Below, piece by piece: positions 26,408 to 29,488 of a stretch of 29,488 nucleotides of DNA. A program made the translations under genes and the position numbers. The stretch is from a virus (lineage: Duplodnaviria; Caudoviricetes), in IMG/VR virus record IMGVR_UViG_3300042199_000081, positions 1-29,488 of that record. One strand, written 5' to 3'. The notes beneath the pieces were generated by a model, which saw only the letters and a list, made by a program, of their open reading frames with translations, had not been told where the DNA came from and searched no databases. Each line of letters begins with the position of its first letter. The first letter of the stretch is position 1.

Positions 26408-27337
26408 CTAAAGCCTCGGAGCGAAGTTCTTGAACGGATGATTGGCCGGAAGGCCCTCTTGCACCCTCCACTTCCAAGCAAGGTATCCCTCGATTTTCTC
26501 CCATATCGACTGAGTGGCAGCGTTCGCGTTCCTCACCACGAGAAACTCGCCAAATGTAGTCTGTGAGTGAAGGGCCGGAACTCCGTTGTCGCCGTCAGCG
26601 CCAAGGCACAAGCCGTAAAGTTCCGCTACCGCTGCCAATCCAACCTGCAAATTCTCGGTAGACCCGTATGTCCTTCGCAAGCAGGCCGATGCTCCATCGA
26701 ACACCGTTCCGGTGAGAAACAGACCGTTTGGATTCCTCGACAATCCAGCAGCGCTGTAGACTGTGTAGTCTGCTCCGAATGTCTCTACCGTGCCACCAAG
26801 CCCGCCTACACCGCCAATAATCCCCACGGGATTCGCTCCGCCTGCGTAAACCAAGTAATCGAACGTGTACGTTGCGTTCAATCCGCCGACGCTTTTCGAA
26901 TACCCGCTCCACGGCCTGCGACTGTCTGTCGGGAACCCCGCATACGGAGCAGGCTTGCAGATGTAGAACACGGCAAACGGCATGGGTTGGCCGTTCGGAT
27001 TACCCGGCCAGTTTGAATAGACACTCGGATCTGACCGAAGGGTGTCGTTCACTCCGTCAAAGACAATTCCCGGCATTCCGCTCATCGCAGTCGCGCTGTA
27101 CGTTGGTTGACTTGAACCGAAAGTCTCATTCAGATTGTTGCCAAGACCGCTCTTGTCCAACCAGTATGAAACAGACGGGAATCCCTGAAGCGGCGGAAGT
27201 ATCGTGTTCGTGTCCGTTGCGTCGTACCACGCAAGCAGATCGGATTCGATTTCATTCGGGGTCCACGGCCTGACCCGGAGCGCAGACGCGGCCTGAGCCT
27301 TTCGGAACACCGTCGATGAACGAACGAAACGACGCAT
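26408..27337 (-). CDS. Concanavalin A/LamG-like fold virion accessory protein (309 aa)
   Basis: WTP...LLAWYDA.D...V..W.DKSG.GN...QPTY...P.I.FDG.ND...GEFLV...IEGYLAWKW...LP..HP is a recurrent phage lectin-like signature. Start overlaps the upstream stop (TGATG). Confidence 0.7.
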   Translation of the reverse strand: MRRFVRSSTVFRKAQAASALRVRPWTPNEIESDLLAWYDATDTNTILPPLQGFPSVSYWLDKSGLGNNLNETFGSSQPTYSATAMSGMPGIVFDGVNDTLRSDPSVYSNWPGNPNGQPMPFAVFYICKPAPYAGFPTDSRRPWSGYSKSVGGLNATYTFDYLVYAGGANPVGIIGGVGGLGGTVETFGADYTVYSAAGLSRNPNGLFLTGTVFDGASACLRRTYGSTENLQVGLAAVAELYGLCLGADGDNGVPALHSQTTFGEFLVVRNANAATQSIWEKIEGYLAWKWRVQEGLPANHPFKNFAPRL

Positions 27338-27570
27338 CAGCAGCCCCACCTCTCGCGAGCGGCCTTGCCGCGACCGCCTGTCCATGACCGCGATCGGGCG
27401 CAGAACGACTTGTGGCGGGGGTCGTCCTTGTCCTTGGTGGGGGCCTTCAGGTTCGACCCGGTCTCCCTGTTGTACTTGGCTCGACCCTTCGCGGTCAGGC
27501 CAGCGCCCTTCGACACAGGCAACTTCTCGCCGCGTCCGACCGAGAGGCTGGGTCCTCGCTTCTTCTTCAT
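27337..27570 (-). CDS. Small basic phage protein, DUF6321-like (77 aa)
   Basis: GLTAKGRAKYNRETGSNLKAP...RHKSFCAR...RWGC signature. ATGA overlap with the terminase stop. Confidence 0.75.
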   Translation of the reverse strand: MKKKRGPSLSVGRGEKLPVSKGAGLTAKGRAKYNRETGSNLKAPTKDKDDPRHKSFCARSRSWTGGRGKAARERWGC

Positions 27571-29288
27571 CGGAACACCTCGTGGTGCTTCAGGATCGCC
27601 CCAAGCGTGTCGGATGGAAGGGGCTCCTCTGGGAGTTCCGAACCGACGCCTTCCTCGCACAGCATCAACGCCCCAGCCACCGCGATCACTCGGTCGCCGT
27701 GGGCCTCTCGGGCTCCAGTCGCGAGGTCCCTGACGCTCGCCGACTCTATCGCTCCGTCCGATAGGATCACATAGTTGAGCATCTCGCGCAAGGTGTCCTC
27801 GCTCGGAATCCGAACATTCCCCTGACTCAGCGCACGGCTCAACGCACCCAGCAGGGTCCTCTTGGCACGCCTGCTGCTGTTCCACCCGTACCTCACCGTC
27901 ATCCTCGACGTGGTGGTCCCCACCATACGCTGCCTGTACAGCGAGTGGTAGCCGAGGGCCTCGAAGTCGTGGTGCATCGACGCACCAGCGCCGTTCACCT
28001 CCCACCCGACCAGCGGCAACCTCCGACCCCTGTACACCGTCTTCGCGACCTCGACCATCTCCTGAGCGAGGTCGTGGGGAGGCACGTTCGGGTCGCTGAA
28101 CTCGGCCACCAGATGCCTGCTCTCGGCGTCCATCACCGCGATCACCGAGTTCGCGGCCCCCACCCCGTAGGACGGGTCCGCGAACACCACGTACTCCCGA
28201 TGATGCTCGCCGTGACGCCACACACGCCACCTCCCGTTCGGGTCTCCCACGAAACGGCCACGGAGAATCTCGCACCTCTCGCCGACCTCGGCCCACTCGT
28301 TGACGTGGGCCGTCACCACAGACGGCACGAAGTACTGGCTCCCGCTCGCCACGTCCGTCGCGAACACGTTCTGGGCCATGTCCACCGCGTCACGCCTCTT
28401 CAACTGCTCCTGCAACCACGGGGTCCAGACGTACTCGCTTCCAGCCACCCCAGTCACCCGACCGTCAACGTCCACCCGCGACTCGGCTCCAGCACCCTTC
28501 ATCGGGTGGTCCGTGTACAGCAACTCAACCAGTTTCGGGTCACCGCTCACCTGAGCCTGATGCACCAGCGACGAGTACTGGGTTCCGCTCCCGAGGGGGG
28601 TACTCACCGCGATCCGACACGCAGTCGCGTCCGCAGCGGACCGCCACGCGGCAGGAGCCTCGTCCAAGGCCGCGAACTCGTCGAACAGGATCATCGTCCG
28701 ACGTCCGCCTCGACCCACGTGCGCGGTACTCGCCTGACCCGTGATAGTCGCACCCGTCACGGGGTTCTTCAGGATCATGTGCTGGCGGGTATCAGTACCC
28801 CTCTCAAGCAGGGAATCCGCCCGCATCGGCAACAGCCACTCGGGCTGCGCCCGCAACAGGTAATCCACCTTCCAGAACAGGCTGTCGGGGTCCCCGCTCT
28901 TGTCAACTCCGTCCTCTACGCGGCTCACCAGAAGGCTCTGCCACCCCTTGAACAGCCACCCCCAGCACGAGACCGCCGTCAGAATCCACGACGCACCCAT
29001 GTCGCGGCTCTTCCGAACCACCACGTCGCGACCGTCACCTACCGCAGACACGATCTCCGTGATCGCACGCTCCTGACACGGCCACAAGACAAACGGCCTG
29101 TTCGGCTTCTCGCTCGGAACCTCGCGCCCAGTAACGGGATCGACCTCCTTCGGGGCGTAGGTCCACCCAGTCAACTTCATCCACAGCACGATGTCGTCCG
29201 AAAACAACGCACGGAAGTCCGACTGGGCATCGGTACTCTTCGCCGTCGCGTCCAAGAACTTCCGCCGCAGTTCAATAATCTCGGACAT
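27567..29288 (-). CDS. terL: Terminase large subunit (573 aa)
   Basis: Q-motif LWPCQ, deviant Walker A KSRDMGASW, Walker B ILFDEFA and motif III VSTP.G. Nuclease domain motifs VFADPSYG.G, WEVNG.G, YGW and HGDRVIA. Confidence 0.93.
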   Translation of the reverse strand: MSEIIELRRKFLDATAKSTDAQSDFRALFSDDIVLWMKLTGWTYAPKEVDPVTGREVPSEKPNRPFVLWPCQERAITEIVSAVGDGRDVVVRKSRDMGASWILTAVSCWGWLFKGWQSLLVSRVEDGVDKSGDPDSLFWKVDYLLRAQPEWLLPMRADSLLERGTDTRQHMILKNPVTGATITGQASTAHVGRGGRRTMILFDEFAALDEAPAAWRSAADATACRIAVSTPLGSGTQYSSLVHQAQVSGDPKLVELLYTDHPMKGAGAESRVDVDGRVTGVAGSEYVWTPWLQEQLKRRDAVDMAQNVFATDVASGSQYFVPSVVTAHVNEWAEVGERCEILRGRFVGDPNGRWRVWRHGEHHREYVVFADPSYGVGAANSVIAVMDAESRHLVAEFSDPNVPPHDLAQEMVEVAKTVYRGRRLPLVGWEVNGAGASMHHDFEALGYHSLYRQRMVGTTTSRMTVRYGWNSSRRAKRTLLGALSRALSQGNVRIPSEDTLREMLNYVILSDGAIESASVRDLATGAREAHGDRVIAVAGALMLCEEGVGSELPEEPLPSDTLGAILKHHEVFR

Positions 29289-29406
29289 GGATGTCAGGAT
29301 TCCGATTTTCGGTGAGGCTTGGGAGAGGGTGGTTAGATACTAGGTTCCGGGCGCGGGCGCGTTCGGGGGGGTGCGGGCGGGTGGGCGGGGCGTGCGCGGT
29401 TCCTGC

Positions 29407-29487
29407 TCACCCCGCGCCGTCCCCGTCCGCCGCCTCTCGCCGCCTCGCGAGGTCGAGCGCGGCTCGGGCGATGCCGCCGCTGTCGAG
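29407..29487 (-). CDS. 3' end of an upstream gene, possibly terminase small subunit (partial)
   Basis: Open frame LDSGGIARAALDLARRREAADGDGAG-stop runs in from the window edge and ends 118 nt before terL. Identity is inferred from position only. Confidence 0.3.
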   Translation of the reverse strand, partial: LDSGGIARAALDLARRREAADGDGAG

Positions 29488-29488
29488 C

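Noticed and set aside
1-29488. tRNA, rRNA, CRISPR array, integrase/att site, IS element or alternative genetic code
   Set aside because: None recognised. Intergenic gaps are too short for arrays, and genes terminate normally at TGA/TAG.

Overview
A 29.5-kb, GC-rich piece of a tailed dsDNA phage or prophage with podovirus-like morphogenesis genes; no bacterial housekeeping genes are present. On the + strand (2-1345) are four small genes: a conserved hypothetical, a DnaA-C-like HTH protein, a RusA-type resolvase and a YkgJ-type Cys-cluster protein. They converge on a hairpin with a translationally coupled - strand late operon. In transcription order this operon runs: possible terS 3' end, terminase large subunit, small basic proteins, a lectin/LamG-like protein with a small partner, portal, scaffold, major capsid, cement protein, head-tail adaptor, holin/spanin-like lysis genes, an Mtd_N tail fibre, nozzle and three ejection-type proteins. 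The last is a 4,034-aa polyvalent protein (1403-13507). It strings together an HExxH metallopeptidase-like region, an ART-PolyVal-like ADP-ribosyltransferase, an HhH glycosylase-like module, an EIQSD module, an HDxxGH module, two unknown modules and a C-terminal LPD38-like domain. Each boundary carries a short recurring x-[SM]-[FYMG]-S-[RLM]-R linker, suggesting an injected polyprotein of effector cassettes that may be processed or swapped. All family calls come from motif recognition and gene order; no searches were run.
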